64,000 nucleotides of DNA from the human T2T-CHM13v2.0 reference genome, Homo sapiens. The notes under the pieces are model-generated. The model ran no database searches, was not told where the DNA came from, and was given only the letters and a program-made list of their open reading frames with translations. How positions within the stretch are numbered: the first letter of the stretch is position 1; each line of letters begins with the position of its first letter. A program made the translations under genes and the position numbers. Below are positions 15,143 to 29,902 of the stretch, piece by piece. Where the stretch lies: NCBI RefSeq assembly GCF_009914755.1, contig NC_060932.1; one strand, written 5' to 3'.

Positions 15143-15480
15143 GCCTGGGGACGGTGCCTTGAGCCTGTAATCCCAGCATTTTGGGAGGCCCAGGTGGGAG
15201 GATTGTTTGAGCCTAGGAGTTTGAGACTAGCCTGGGAAACATGTGAAACCCCATCTCTACAAAAGTATAGAAAAATTAGCCGGTTTGGTGGTACACATCT
15301 CCAGGCTCCACTACTCTGGAGGCTGAGGTGGGAGGATCACCTGAGCCCAAAAGTCGAGAGACTGCAGTGAGCTTAACTGAGCTCATTAAGCTCAATTAAG
15401 TGAGCTTAATTGATCGCACCACTGCCCTCCAGCCTGGGCAACAGAGTTGAGGCAGTCTCATAAAAAAAAAAACAAAATAA
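15143..15480 (+). mobile_element. AluJ-type SINE with an internal palindromic insertion
   Basis: Dimeric Alu; TSD AAAAATTTAG; ~35 extra nt at 15374-15410. Confidence 0.92.
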
Positions 15481-15559
15481 AAAATTTAGGGATATTTTTG
15501 TTGGTTAAAAGTTTGTTAGGAAATATAAGTTCTGGTTTGGAAGAGAACGTGCCACCCAG

Positions 15560-15765
15560 CAAACACTTACTGAGTCTTTGTTGAGTATCACACGTAGAGG
15601 ATCATTACTGACTCATACAATACCCTCAATGACCCTATGAGGTAGAGCTATTGTCATACTGCTTTAAAAAGGTAAAAACTGAATCACAAAGGGATTAAGC
15701 AACATGTTTAAGGTTATACAACTTACAAGATGGGAGAAAAGATTTAGACAGGACTCCAAAGCACT
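15560..15765 (-). mobile_element. MIR SINE
   Basis: ACCCTATGAGGTAG...AAAACTGAATCACAAAGGGATTAAGCAAC. Confidence 0.6.
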
Positions 15766-16841
15766 GCAGTAAACCACCTTGAGACAGCTGTAACATAAAG
15801 TCAGAAAAAGCTCCTGTCTTTTATTATATTATTAAAATTTGTACAAAGTTTTCACCAGCAAATGGCTTGAATTCCGCCTATTAGTAGTAGAACTGTCTCA
15901 AAATTGGAAAAATTTAAGTAATTATACTGTATATTTGATGAAGAGGATAATTACTTATTTATAACTGTTTACAGCTAATCTTATAAAAATTCTTAATTGT
16001 ATCAAATGTGCTATTTTAGTCTATATCAAAAATCAAATATTAATTTATTCCAAGTATTTAAATTTATCATTCAATTCACACACACATGCACAGACACAGA
16101 CACACACACACACACATAATTTACTCAAAATTTCAAACAAAAATTATGGAATAATGTCTAAGGGTTTGGAAGCTAACGCATGCTAAATATGTACAAAATA
16201 ATGTCTGTTATAATAACAATGGAGCACCTGCTTTAAAATATGAAATGAGACCAATCTCAGAATGGTGAAAATTCACTGGACTGAGAGACCAATATTTTTG
16301 TGGTTCAGGGAAATGATTTAGTGAGAACAAGCAGACCATGATTCATCATTTCTTTTTCTCACATTTTTGCATCCATTTACATAAATAAATTTAAGAATTA
16401 TATCTACTTACTTTTTTCCTAAAATAAATTTATTTTAAAATGGCAACATATGGTTTTAGAGTTAGAATGGTACTAACTTGATTAATAGAGGGATTTTTAC
16501 AAGTAAAGAAACCAGTAATCTTAATGAGTCAGATACCAGTCAAAGAAAATACAAGTGGTTCATAACACCTTATAATGAGAGATTCCATGCAGCCACTATT
16601 TCAAAACATGTTCATGCTTGTAAAGAAACAGGACATAAAACATGGCTCCATGAATCAGGAAATTAATGGTCATCCTTTTAGGATGTCAGATCTTTAGAGA
16701 AAAGCAGGACTTGTTTTTGTAAAGTAATAGATAATAATAGTGACCAATTGATGCACCAAAAACTAATTTTGAGGGTGAAAAAGGATGGCATAGCAAAGAG
16801 AAAAAAAAAAAAATCACCTGGCGATTTGCTAATCACCTTGC

Positions 16842-16972
16842 AGTAAATATTCTTAACTAAATTAGTAAATATTCTTAGTTAAATTAACAGAAAAGATTAG
16901 AAAAGAAGGAATATTTAACTAAATATTCTTAGTTAAATTAACGGAAAACATTAGAAAAGAAGGAATATTTAA
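16842..16972. repeat. 54-bp tandem duplication plus a partial third copy
   Basis: TAAATATTCTTAGTTAAATTAAC(A/G)GAAAA(G/C)ATTAGAAAAGAAGGAATATTTAA at 16866 and 16920. Confidence 0.95.
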
Positions 16973-19900
16973 ATGAAAGAGGTGAACCAAATATTTGGGG
17001 AGTTGGTGGTACAGAGAACAGGACTAACAAAATCATCAGAATATTCTGTGTATGATGAGAGGAGAAAATGAGATTAAAGCATTGAAAACTTAAAAAATAA
17101 ATGTTTTATGGTTTGGAAGTACATTTTTAAAATTGTTTAAACACTAAGGTCTAATTCTTTTTCTTAATACTGTCATAATAAGCTAAAAAGAACTTTCATT
17201 GCATAAGAACTCACATTGAACTCACATGAATAAAACTAATCTGTTCATTTAAAACCATAAAAGGAATCATTTTAATTTCAAATTGTAATAGTGCAAGAAT
17301 CCAAGAAGATTATGGGTCTGGTAATTTGAGTTCAGGTAGGAGATACAAAGTGGTTCTCATAACTAACTCCGAGATCACCAGAGCTTGGACACACACAACT
17401 TCAGTTTCCTCAATAAAGGTCAATTAGCAATTTTTTAAGTCCCCCTATGTTGTCCAGCACTGAAGCAGACATGGGAATATAAAAGAAATAAGTAAAACAT
17501 TCAGTTTCTGCCCCAAGGAATTTGCTTTTATGACAGAATTTTCTATGAATAATTACTTATGTCTTATTTCAAAGGCACTTTGAAAAAGACAGAAAGAAAC
17601 ACAGACAAGAGGAAACAAGAAAATTCTTGCTTACAATTTTAAGCAGAAAACACGTACTATTTAGTCTTTCTCTCTTTACAAGGGTGTATATTATCTATAT
17701 TCTACTTTGGTTCACTGTAAATCAGCACCCAAATACTTACGGATACTGCACTGTGAGGGGCTGTCACTAACCCTTGCATTGGATCATGCAAAAGGTGCCT
17801 CATCGTGTTGCTCTGGGAGTTGAGCTCAGGCTACCAAACAGCCTTGCTTAAGGGTGATCTGCTCACTCTCCGGCTTAAAATCACCCTGGCTGTTTCAATG
17901 GTCTCATCATTAGGCTGCATTTGGTCTTGGCTCTTCAATCCAGTCTCCTGGGATCACCTTTATTTTTTCCTGGCTTCCTTTTTTTCTTTTTCTTTTCTCC
18001 CCCCCCTAAAGTTTTCCTTCACCTTTACCCCTTTGGTCCTCTATTCTTGAATTTTTAGTCTCAACATACTCTAGCACTCATACTTTAATTGCTCCTGAAT
18101 CCAGGGCAGAATTCTAGCTATGTTCACATTTTGAGATAGCTATATTTTCTCATAATAGTTCCTTTACCGTAAAAATTACATACCTAAAATCTTGTATATT
18201 TTTTCTATCTCAATAACTCTGTTTTTCTTTTTCTTCCTCTACTCTCACATTGATACAGATTGTTTCCAGACCTCGCTAATCAACCTTCTGTGGGAGAAGG
18301 GGCACTTTTCTCATAGCGGGTGACTTTACATAGTCCGTGTGGACAATGCTTAAAGAAAGCAGAGCCTTGTGTAATTACCTGAATGCACAGTCTATTGAAG
18401 TAATTCCACCCAAAATCTTTCATTTCCTTAATTAGTGGCTTCTCCATGTTGATTCCAATGCCTGCCCATTAAAAACAAATCACGAAATGCTAGGAGAGAG
18501 AATTCCAATATTCAGCCTTCTGTCCTGTTTTATTTCTCCCAGAGGTAATCACAAAGGTTTTTAGTATACAAAGTAAATGAAATGCCTCTAAGCCTGAAAC
18601 TAATTCCTTCGGTGAGAAAGCTGGCAGTCCATGGGGATGAGGTGGGAAGACCTCCATTGCAGTCTGGTGCACCTCTGCTCTCTGCTGGAAGGACAGATTT
18701 CCACCTCCCCAGGTGGGCCATCCATCTTGTCCTCTGGATTAACATGCTTCTACCTACTGAGACCAATTATTCTTCTTAGTTACAGACCTTGAGTCAGCAA
18801 GTCAAATGTGATCTTAGGTGCAATTACTAGGGAATTGGCTCTTGCTTTGCTACTGTTTATGACCAAATTTCCAACTGCTCTGTTCCTCTATCCTTGGGGC
18901 ATTAGGTGAATTACCAAGACATGGAGTAATTTTCTCTCTGATTGAGGATTACCTTGCTATAGTTTAAAGTTTGAAACAATCCTCCCAAGGACAAGAGTCC
19001 TGTTCTTGAATGTTAAATCTGTACTCCTTGCATCTGTGCTCTGCCCAGCTCAATAGTAAATGCTGAGACAGCCACCTTCATCTGGACTTCTGATGTGACA
19101 TTCCCCAAGTCCTGTCCTATTTCCTTTGGTCAGATTCCACTAAACATCATCTGCCTATCCTGACTTTTCTCTCCTGGGCCTCTCTAAGCTCTGGTCTCAC
19201 TCTACTGGCTCCATTCATTTTGGGCCCACAAAGGCGTGGTTCAAGCCGCCAATGGTTGCAACTATTACACTCCTACTGAATTTTTGGAGACCAGGACTAA
19301 CATAAATCAGGGCAAATGTGGCCACAAATTTTACAGGAGGCTAAAAGTCAGAGGGCACAAACATTAGTATGTCAGATGAAGTAATTTTTCCTTCTGTACC
19401 CAGAAAAGTTGATTTCTAATGTCTATTGAATATCTTTAATGTTTTTGGCACTCATTTGTATGTTTTGTTTCATTTCCCTGGCTTAATGAAAGTAAGATTC
19501 ATTTCTTTCTTTCCAATGAGCCTTTATCTCAGCGAAGTTAGAATGTTCAAAAAAAGCATTGTACCGGCTAATTGGATTTTATATGAAATGAGAGCTCAAC
19601 AAAACATCCTTTCAGTTGTTCCCTTGTTGAAACATTTCTAAGATATAACATATTTTATAGCCCTAGAAAACAAAATATAATAAAGGGATTGACTCTTATT
19701 TTGGGATGGGTTCCTGCCATGCTTTAAGGGACTAGATCATTAAGGGCAAATGTATTCATTCTTTCAATGTTTACTATGTCCTAGGCCCTTAATGATGAAT
19801 AGGCTTAGCCTTAGGAAACCTTAGAATCCAACAGGGGAATACAATACTCATTTAGAATAATGCTAAGGGGGGCAGAATGCATTAAGTGCCTTAGTGGAGG

Positions 19901-19976
19901 AACAGATTATTTTCACAGATACCGGGAATTATAGAGATTGTAAGACATTGGGATAAACAGATGATGAAGCAAGTGT

Positions 19977-20490
19977 CATTCAACAAATCATGACACTTAT
20001 TAATATGCCAGGACTTTCTAGGCCCTGGGATACAGCAGTGAAAAAACAAAGAGATGGTGTTCCTGCTTTCATGGGATTCACTTTCATGAGAGGTAGAGGA
20101 CAGACAATAAATGAATGCACCTAAATGTACAGTGTACTAAATGGTGGTAACAGCTATGGAGAAAAATAAAGCTGAGTAAAGAGAATAGGGACTGTGGGGT
20201 GAGGGGCAGCCAGCTGATTGGCATTGGATTCTCAGAGAACATCCTGGTGACCTTCGAGCAGAAACTTGAAGTAAGTAGAAGTAAGCATATGAATAAGGGC
20301 GGGAGGAGCAATCCCGGAAGAGGTGCGGATGCAGGCTTCTCAGAACTTCTGGAGCTTCTTGGTGCTCCCTGAAGAAGACCAAGGAGGCCAGTGGGGCTGA
20401 TTAGGGCCAGCTGGGAGGGGAGCGAAAGGAGAGATCAGAAGGCTGGAGCAGGCAGGGGCAGATCCAGCAGGGCCTGAATACTTTGGACTA
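19977..20490 (-). mobile_element. L2 LINE 3' fragment
   Basis: CATTCAACAAAT...ATGCCAGG...CTGGGATACAGCAGTGAA is the antisense L2 3' end. Confidence 0.8.
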
Positions 20491-21141
20491 TGCATGGCAG
20501 CCTCCTTGCTCACCTCCCCTCAATTTAAGGGGAAACTGGAAAGAAAACAAAGTTAATTAAGGGTTTTGGCTAGGCTAGCTGGATTTCATTCAATTGAAGT
20601 GGAACCAAAACATGTTGTTTTGTATTTAATTCTTAAGTCATTTTACTTGGGTTTTCTTTTTTTCCAAATTAGATAATAAACAATCCATAGTTGCAAATAG
20701 GCTTTATTTTCTGTCCTATTCTCCCAAAGCTCCTGGATCCTAGGAGGGCTCACAGTACCATACAAAAAGAATGAGTCAACTCTTAATATTGTATTTTATC
20801 CTGGATGAGAACTACTGAGAAGTCATTGTTTCACACTACTTGTGAATCTTATCCCTTGTTTTCCTAGACCAGCTCTTTCATGCCATTGTAAACTGACATG
20901 GAATTGTAATGAGATTTTAGCCACATGTAGACCAAAGGGAGATACACAAATCTGGAGATATGGAAAAAGTAAACTTTTTTTGGTGTCAAAATTAGTCCTT
21001 TCTCTTTACTTGAGAGCGTTTGCTTATGGGTAGATCTCAAGGTTTAGGTGGTTATTTCGTAAAACACTCTGATATATCAAATATTACAGAAAAAATTAGT
21101 CACGAAAGGCTTTAATTTTTCTTTAAATTGAGCTTGGCCTA

Positions 21142-22440
<1,299 letters not shown>

Positions 22441-23205
22441 TAAGTGAGAATTAACCTTAAGCAGAATATGAACCAAAGAGACCAAATGCACAATGTAATA
22501 AACACTACCATAGGCACATAAATTTATTTTTCCTATATGACTTGAGAAATTCTTTGTGTGACAAGCACTGTAGTTCAATCTCTTTTATCCTCTAGCAGTC
22601 TGCCCCACACGTGTACAATAGAGGTTAACTGAAATAATTAATTAATTTTAAAACAAGGTAGCAAAATTAAATGTTATAAAAATAATTAAGTGATCTCACT
22701 AGATTTTCTGATTTTATTACTTTCATTTGGTTTAGCAGACATAAGCTAGAAATAAAGAAAATATGTTTTTATTCACCAACAATGTCCAAGAAAGTCAAAT
22801 ATGAGACTCTGTCTAACTCACCATTCTTTGAAGAGTGACTAAAGTAAGATGTAAGCTATTTTGATATTTTATTTTGATATTGGGTTTGGGTTTACCATGG
22901 TATTGATTGCATCTCTTGGTATCACATTTTTAAAATTTTTGAAATGTTTAAAATATTTATTTTGTATGGAAAATGCATAGAAATATTGAAATAAAACATA
23001 AAACAACTAGACGGTGAAAAGCAAACCCACCTCTCACCTTGTCCCTTAAAGACCCTGGTCTTCTTTAAGGGACCTTCTTTAAGGATCTTCTTTAAGATTG
23101 TCTCTTCAGAGACAACCATTGTTATCCATTTCTTGTGCACCATCCCAGAGAGAGTCTATACATATATAGATGTTTCTGTGTGTGCGTATGTGTCTGTGTG
23201 TGTCC

Positions 23206-23258
23206 TTTTTATTTTTATTTTTGAGATGGAGTCTCGCTTTGTCGCCCAGGCTGGAGTG
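23206..23258 (-). mobile_element. Very short 5'-truncated Alu (3' end and tail) within a TG-rich tract
   Basis: TTTTTGAGATGGAGTCTCGCTTTGTCGCCCAGGCTGGAGTG. Confidence 0.85.
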
Positions 23259-23974
23259 TGTGTATGTGTACATAACTAAATTAAACTGATAATTTGAATG
23301 CTTACATTACCATTAATTTAGTTTTTGTATGTGAGCCCACGCACACATATATACACACACGCTAACTGTTGCAGAGCAATGACTTAGTGAAGAACTGGAT
23401 TTCCACTCTGTCAGACAAATTTTGGAAAGCACTGAAGTTGGGCATTTCTGATTGATTTTACCTTTCCTGGAATGTTATTTTCCTTTATAACTTAGACTCC
23501 TTCTGTGGAGATTTAATAAATAAAAGTCTTTTTTTAGTGTATGTTATTTCATTTTATTTTTATAATTTATTTACATTTTAATTTTAAATTGACAAATAAA
23601 GATCATATATATTTGTGGTGTACAATGTGATGTTTCATGTATGTATACATTGTGGAATGACAAAATCAAGCTAATAAACACACTCGTTTCCTCACATACT
23701 AATTTTATTGTGATGAGAACATGTTTAAAATCTACTCTTACAGCAATTTTCAAGTATACAATACATAGTTATTCACTGTGGTTGCCATGCTGTTCAATAG
23801 ATCTCTAGAACTATTCCCATCTGAAATTTTGTATGATTTGACTGACATCTCCCCAATCCCTCCCGGGCCCCTGCCTCAGGTAACCACCATTCTGCTCTCT
23901 ACAACTATGAGTTCCATTGTTTTAGATTGCACATATAAGTGAGATCATGCAGTATTTGTCTTTCTGTGCTTGCT

Positions 23975-24288
23975 TTTTAAAACTTTATTATGTATTTATT
24001 TATTTTTTGAGACAGGGTCTCACTCTGTCACCCAGGCTGGAGTACAGTGACACAAACATGGCTCACCATGGCCTCCATCTCTGGGGTCAAGAGATCCTCC
24101 CACTTCAGCCTCCTGAGTAGCTAGAACTACAGGTGTCCAATACCACACCTGGCTAATTTTTGTATTTTTTGTAGAGATGGGGTTTCACCATGTTGCCCAG
24201 GTTGATCTCCAACTCCTGGGCTCAACTCTTCCACCTGCCTTGGCCTCCCAAAGTACTAGGATTACAGGCATGAGCCACCGTGCCTGGC
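23975..24288 (-). mobile_element. AluJ-type SINE
   Basis: Antisense dimeric Alu; TSD G(C/T)TTGCTTT. Confidence 0.92.
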
Positions 24289-24399
24289 GTTTGCTTTATT
24301 TCACTCACTGTAACACACTTTAGGCTCATTCATGTTGCAAATGACATGATTTCTTTCTTTTTTAAGGCTGAATAGTATTCTATTGGGTATATATACCAC

Positions 24400-24695
<296 letters not shown>

Positions 24696-25124
24696 TCATT
24701 GTGGTTTTAATTTGCAACACTGCACTTTAATAAGAGACTTTACAAACTAGTTGGATTGAAGGCCTTAATAGAGAATGAGGTAAACATCATGAAAACAACA
24801 ATATACTCAGAAGAGAAAACTTTTACAGCAACCAAGAGAAGTCAAACATCTGTAGTAATCATAGAAATGTAATTAAAATGTAAATGAGTCACAATTTTTA
24901 ATCACTAGTTTTTTAAAAAAACACTATACCTAATTCAGACAAAAGTGTGGTATTTTGAGGCAGCATTAAATTGATAAAATATGTATTTGAAATAGGTATT
25001 GATATACATCAATTATCATTGAAACCTTCATATCCTTTGATTGAGGCATCTCGAGGTTGTATAATTTGTCTCAGGAAACTGTCCAAAAGAACCTGAATCA
25101 AATATCCAAAAACTTATTGCTCCA

Positions 25125-25721
25125 TTATTATTTTTTATTTTTTATTATATTTTTAAGTTTTAGGGTACGTGTGCACAATGTGCAGGCTTGTTCCATAGGT
25201 ATACCTGTGCCATGCTGGCCCGTTGCACCCATCATCTCATCATTTACATTAGGTATTTCTCCCAATGCTATCCTTTCCCCCACCCTCCACCCCATGACAG
25301 GCCCCAGTGTGTGATGTTCCCCACCCTGTGTCCAAATGTTCTCATTGTTCAATTTCTACCTATGAGTGAGAACATGAGGTGTTTGGTTTTCTGTTCTTGT
25401 GATAGTTTGCTCAGAATGATGGTTTCCAGCTTCATCCATGTCCCTGCAAAGGACATGAACTTACCTTTTTATATTTGCCACATTTTCTTAATCCAGTCTA
25501 TCATTGATGGACATTTGCGTTGGTTCCAAGTCTTTGCTTTGTGAATTGTGTGGCAATAAACATATGTGTGCATGTGTCTTTATAGTAGCATGATTTATAA
25601 TCCTTTTGGTATATACCCAGTAATGGGATCACTGGGTAAAATGGTGTTTCTAGCTCTAGATCCTTGAAGAATCACCACACTGTCTTCCACAATGGTTGAA
25701 CTTGTTCACACTCCCGCCAAC
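25125..25721 (-). mobile_element. L1PA (about PA5-PA7) 3' end
   Basis: TTTAAGTTTTAGGGTACGTGTGCACAATGTGCAGG...ATGAGTGAGAACATG...TATACCCAGTAATGGGAT. Confidence 0.95.
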
Positions 25722-26063
25722 CTAGGCAAACATGGTGTGGAGTGGACCTCCAGCAAACTCCAACAGATCTGCAGCTGAGGGACCTGACTGTTTTAAGGAA
25801 AACTAACAAACAGAAAGGAATAGCATCAACATCAATAAAAAGCACATATACTCCAAAACCCCATCTGTAGGTCACCAATATCAAAGACCAAAGGTAGATA
25901 AAACCACAAAGATGGGGAGAAACCAGAGCAGAAAAGCTGAAAATTCTAAAAACCAGAGTGCCTCTTCTCTTCCAGAGGATCGCAGCTCCTCACCAGCAAG
26001 GGAACAAAGCTGGATGGAGAATGATGAGCTGACAGATGTAGGCTTCAGAAGATCAGTCATAAA
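25722..26063 (+). mobile_element. L1PA 5'UTR end and ORF1 start (inverted relative to the adjacent 3' end)
   Basis: GAGTGGACCTCCAGCAAACTCCAACAG...; ATG at 25912 reads MGRNQSRKAENSKNQSASSLPEDRSSSPAREQSWMEND, the L1 ORF1p N-terminus. Confidence 0.93.
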
Positions 26064-26199
26064 AGTCCTTCTACTATGAGTCTGCAGTGATTTCTTCAAT
26101 CTGAACTTGTAACAAACCTTTAGAGAACACATTTTAGGCTAAGAGATGCTGTCCACAGTAGTTGTTTAAACATCTGAATAACTTTAAAATTATTTTACA

Positions 26200-26340
26200 G
26201 CTGGGCGCAGTGGCTGAGGACTGTAATCCCAGCACTTTGGGTGACAGAGGCGAGCGGATCATCCAAGATCACACCACTGCACTCCAGCCTGAGTGACAGT
26301 GTGAAACTTCATCTCAAAAAAACAAAAACAAACAAACAAA
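26200..26340 (+). mobile_element. Internally deleted Alu
   Basis: Alu 5' ~60 nt joined to the 3' ~55 nt and tail; TSD AAAATTATTTTACA. Confidence 0.9.
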
Positions 26341-26704
26341 AATTATTTTACATGTAAAAAGCTGAACTACGATTCCAAAGGATAAATTAATAATTCAATC
26401 ATCTAAACCAGCAGTTGAAAGGTAAATTAATCATGCAAATTTCCAGCTTGATGGTAATTCAATCATTCAAATGACCAGTTTATTTCAGTTATGCACACAC
26501 AGACACTTATATATATACAATATCCAACATAGATATAAAATATCCAACAATATCAGACAATCCAACATTTATTTTCTGCCTTTTATAGGTATCAAGCACA
26601 GGAGTTGGCAGGGCACACACTTTCAACTGATTCAAGCACAGTATTTCACACTCGTGTGTGTGAGCACACACATACACACACACACACACACCATAATTGT
26701 TTTA

Positions 26705-27070
26705 AGTGGTGAGTCTGTGATGCAAGCTGGCCAGTCAGAATTTTCCCTAGGGCTTTTCAAACTGATGATAGGACGAAGAAGCCTCATACTATTTGCTAAT
26801 GGAACTTATTAGCATATGAACTCAGTGGTGTGTCTCACTTCTTAGAAACTGGGAAGAGGGGCTCATGGAGAAGCCCACTGAGCTAATGCAGCTGACATGC
26901 AGAAACGTGTGGAAAGGAGCATGACTGCACTCTGGTGACCTTGAAGTTCCTGTTGATAGAGTTCTCTAAGGCCACTGCTCTACCTTTCCCTCTCAAACTG
27001 GCTCAATCAATTTCCCCTTTCTGTTTATTTTAGTTCCTGTTAAGATCAGGGAACTTGCTTCCTGTAAATA
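26705..27070 (+). mobile_element. Old MLT1 (J/K/L-like) LTR fragment
   Basis: GTGATGCAAGCTGGCCAGTCAGAATTTTCCCTAGG...GCTCAATCAATTTCCCCTTT. Confidence 0.5.
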
Positions 27071-27542
27071 CAAAGGAGTAGTACAAACGCCATCCTCCAT
27101 CCTCGATGGCACTCAGTTTTAGAGAGCTCTTGCATTCACTGTTGCTGGGCTGTAGACTGACACATTCTTTTCTTTGATTTTTTATGGCAATTTGGTAGAA
27201 CATACCAAATTTTACAACCAAAATTTACATAGGCAAAAACACTTTGGCCTAGACATTCCACACTTAGGAACCTCTGCTATAGAAATGTTAACACACTTGA
27301 TAAAGGACATACAGGAAAGATGTACACTGACATATTTTTGTACTAGCCAAAAATCAGTGGCAACCAAACTATCAATAGACAAACGCTGAAAATAACTTAT
27401 GACTCACCTACCATGGAGTTCTCTGCACATAAATAATAAGCTGTCTACATATGGAAGGATGAGCATGACGTGTTATTGGAGAAAAAAATCAAATTGCAAA
27501 CGTAGAATCCAATTTTGGTGACAACAAGCTAGAATCAGATAA

Positions 27543-27862
<320 letters not shown>

Positions 27863-28157
27863 TGTTTTTGTTTTTGAGAGACAGTCTCACTCTGTCACCC
27901 AGGCTGGAATGCAGTGGAACAAGCTCAGCTCACTGCAACCTCAAACTCCTGGGCACAAGGGATCCTCCCATCTCAGCCTTCAAGTAACCGAGACTACAGG
28001 CAAGCACCACCATGCTCAGCTAATTTTTAATATTTTTTAATAGAGGTGATGTCTTACTTGTTGCCCAGGCTAGTCTCAAACTCCTGGGCTCAAACTATCT
28101 TCCTGCCTCAGCCTCCCAAAGTGCTGGTATTACAGGTATGAGCCACTGGGCCCAGCC
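27863..28157 (-). mobile_element. AluJ-type SINE
   Basis: Antisense Alu; GCATTGTA flanks the Alu pair on both sides. Confidence 0.92.
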
Positions 28158-28555
28158 AAGCATTGTAAGGTTTATGCTTTGGTGTGACTTTTTTTGTCAA
28201 TGGTGCTTTAAAAATCTTACCTTTGCAAATTTACAAAACTTGAAAGCCACCGTGTCAGCTTTGTGATAACTTCTTTTCAGTCGATGAGATAGATTCTACT
28301 ATTGGCCCATTTAACTAATGAGAAAACCGAGACACAGGGGTTAACTTACCCATCTTTACCCAGCTAGTCAGGCAATGGTTACAAGAGCAGGAGGAGGGTC
28401 ACGGTGAGACTCTGACTTTACTGGAATGGTCCAGATATCCATTAATATTAGAAATCCCTTTACTGGAGGCTTGAAAATTAGTTCTCAGCTTCCTTCTTTC
28501 ATTTTCTCTCTCATTTTTCTTAACTATTTTCTTTCTTTTAAAACTTCATTTATTG

Positions 28556-28763
<208 letters not shown>

Positions 28764-29725
28764 TTATTTAGTTCTTTTTTTATTTTCCTTCCTTTATACC
28801 TAAGATCTTCTGGCATTTAATTTAAAAGGTTGATTTTATAATGTGTTTACCAAAATAGGCAGTCCCCATTCTTCTACTTGAGGAAATAACTTTCAACTCC
28901 ATTTTTTAGTTATTTTGTTCTTTATCTCCATATGACTAAATAATTTGCTTATATTGCTACTTACTATTTTTTCAGTTTTGGGATTTTCTATTCGCCTCCC
29001 ACTAGGAAGATAAGGATATACTTTTCTTTTATGCCTTCACCCTGTTCTACCTCTTTTGTGATAAAATGTTTGTCTTAATTTAATTAGGTCAATATTAGTA
29101 TTTAAATTATTAAAAGTATTTTGTTACAAACATGCAAATGCTACTCACAACTGAGCCATCTACCATCTAGAATAATTTTTCTTTCCTCCACAACTTTTAA
29201 TTTCCACTGGAATTGTGTAGTTTATTCATTTGCTTGTCATTTTGTATAACTATCACAAATTTAACCACAACTCTGCCAGGGTCTAAATCACCTCTCAAAA
29301 TGATGAGAAGTGTCTGTTATAGTATCAGAAGCATGACAGTTCGTACTGTTCTACATTATTGTCAACACTTGATGTCGTCATTTAAAATTTTTAATCATTC
29401 TGGAAGGCATTTCTATAGATATATCCTACAGTTGTTTTAATCTGCATTTTTTGGTGGCTAATGAAATTGTGCACTTTTCTATTTCTTTATTAGACATGTA
29501 GCTATCTTCTTTTATAATAGAATTATTTCATCCTTTTCCCCATTTTTAATTGGATTGTACTTTTTCTTAATGATTTGTAAAAATTCTTTATTCTGGATAC
29601 TAGTCTTGAGGTTAGATGTATTATAAATTTATTCTCCTACTTTCTGTGTCTTTTTACTCTTTTAATAAGGTTGTTTGATGAATGTAAGTTCCTAATTTTA
29701 ATGTAGGACAATTATCTATTCTTTA

Positions 29726-29902
29726 CAGGACCAGCTACATAATTTACCGGGCTTAGAACAAAATCAAAATGAAGGATCCTATATTCAAAAATTATTAAAA
29801 ATTTCAAGATGAGGACATAGAATATTAAACCAAGCATGAAGCCCTTTTACTCTCAGGGCCCTGTGCAGCCATATGAGTCACATGGCAATGAAACTGGCCC
29901 TG
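29726..29902 (-). mobile_element. MER45A (hAT-Tip100 MITE)
   Basis: Termini CAGGACCAGCTACATAATTT and ATGAAACTGGCCCTG (TIRs); internal TTCAAAAATTATTAAAAATTTCAAGA. Confidence 0.85.

Noticed and set aside
18790-18799. TGAGTCAGCA AP-1/ARE-like site
   Set aside because: A single short motif in 64 kb is not evidence of function.
25912-26079. L1 ORF1p as a functional CDS
   Set aside because: Only ~50 codons, no L1 promoter 5' end, truncated.
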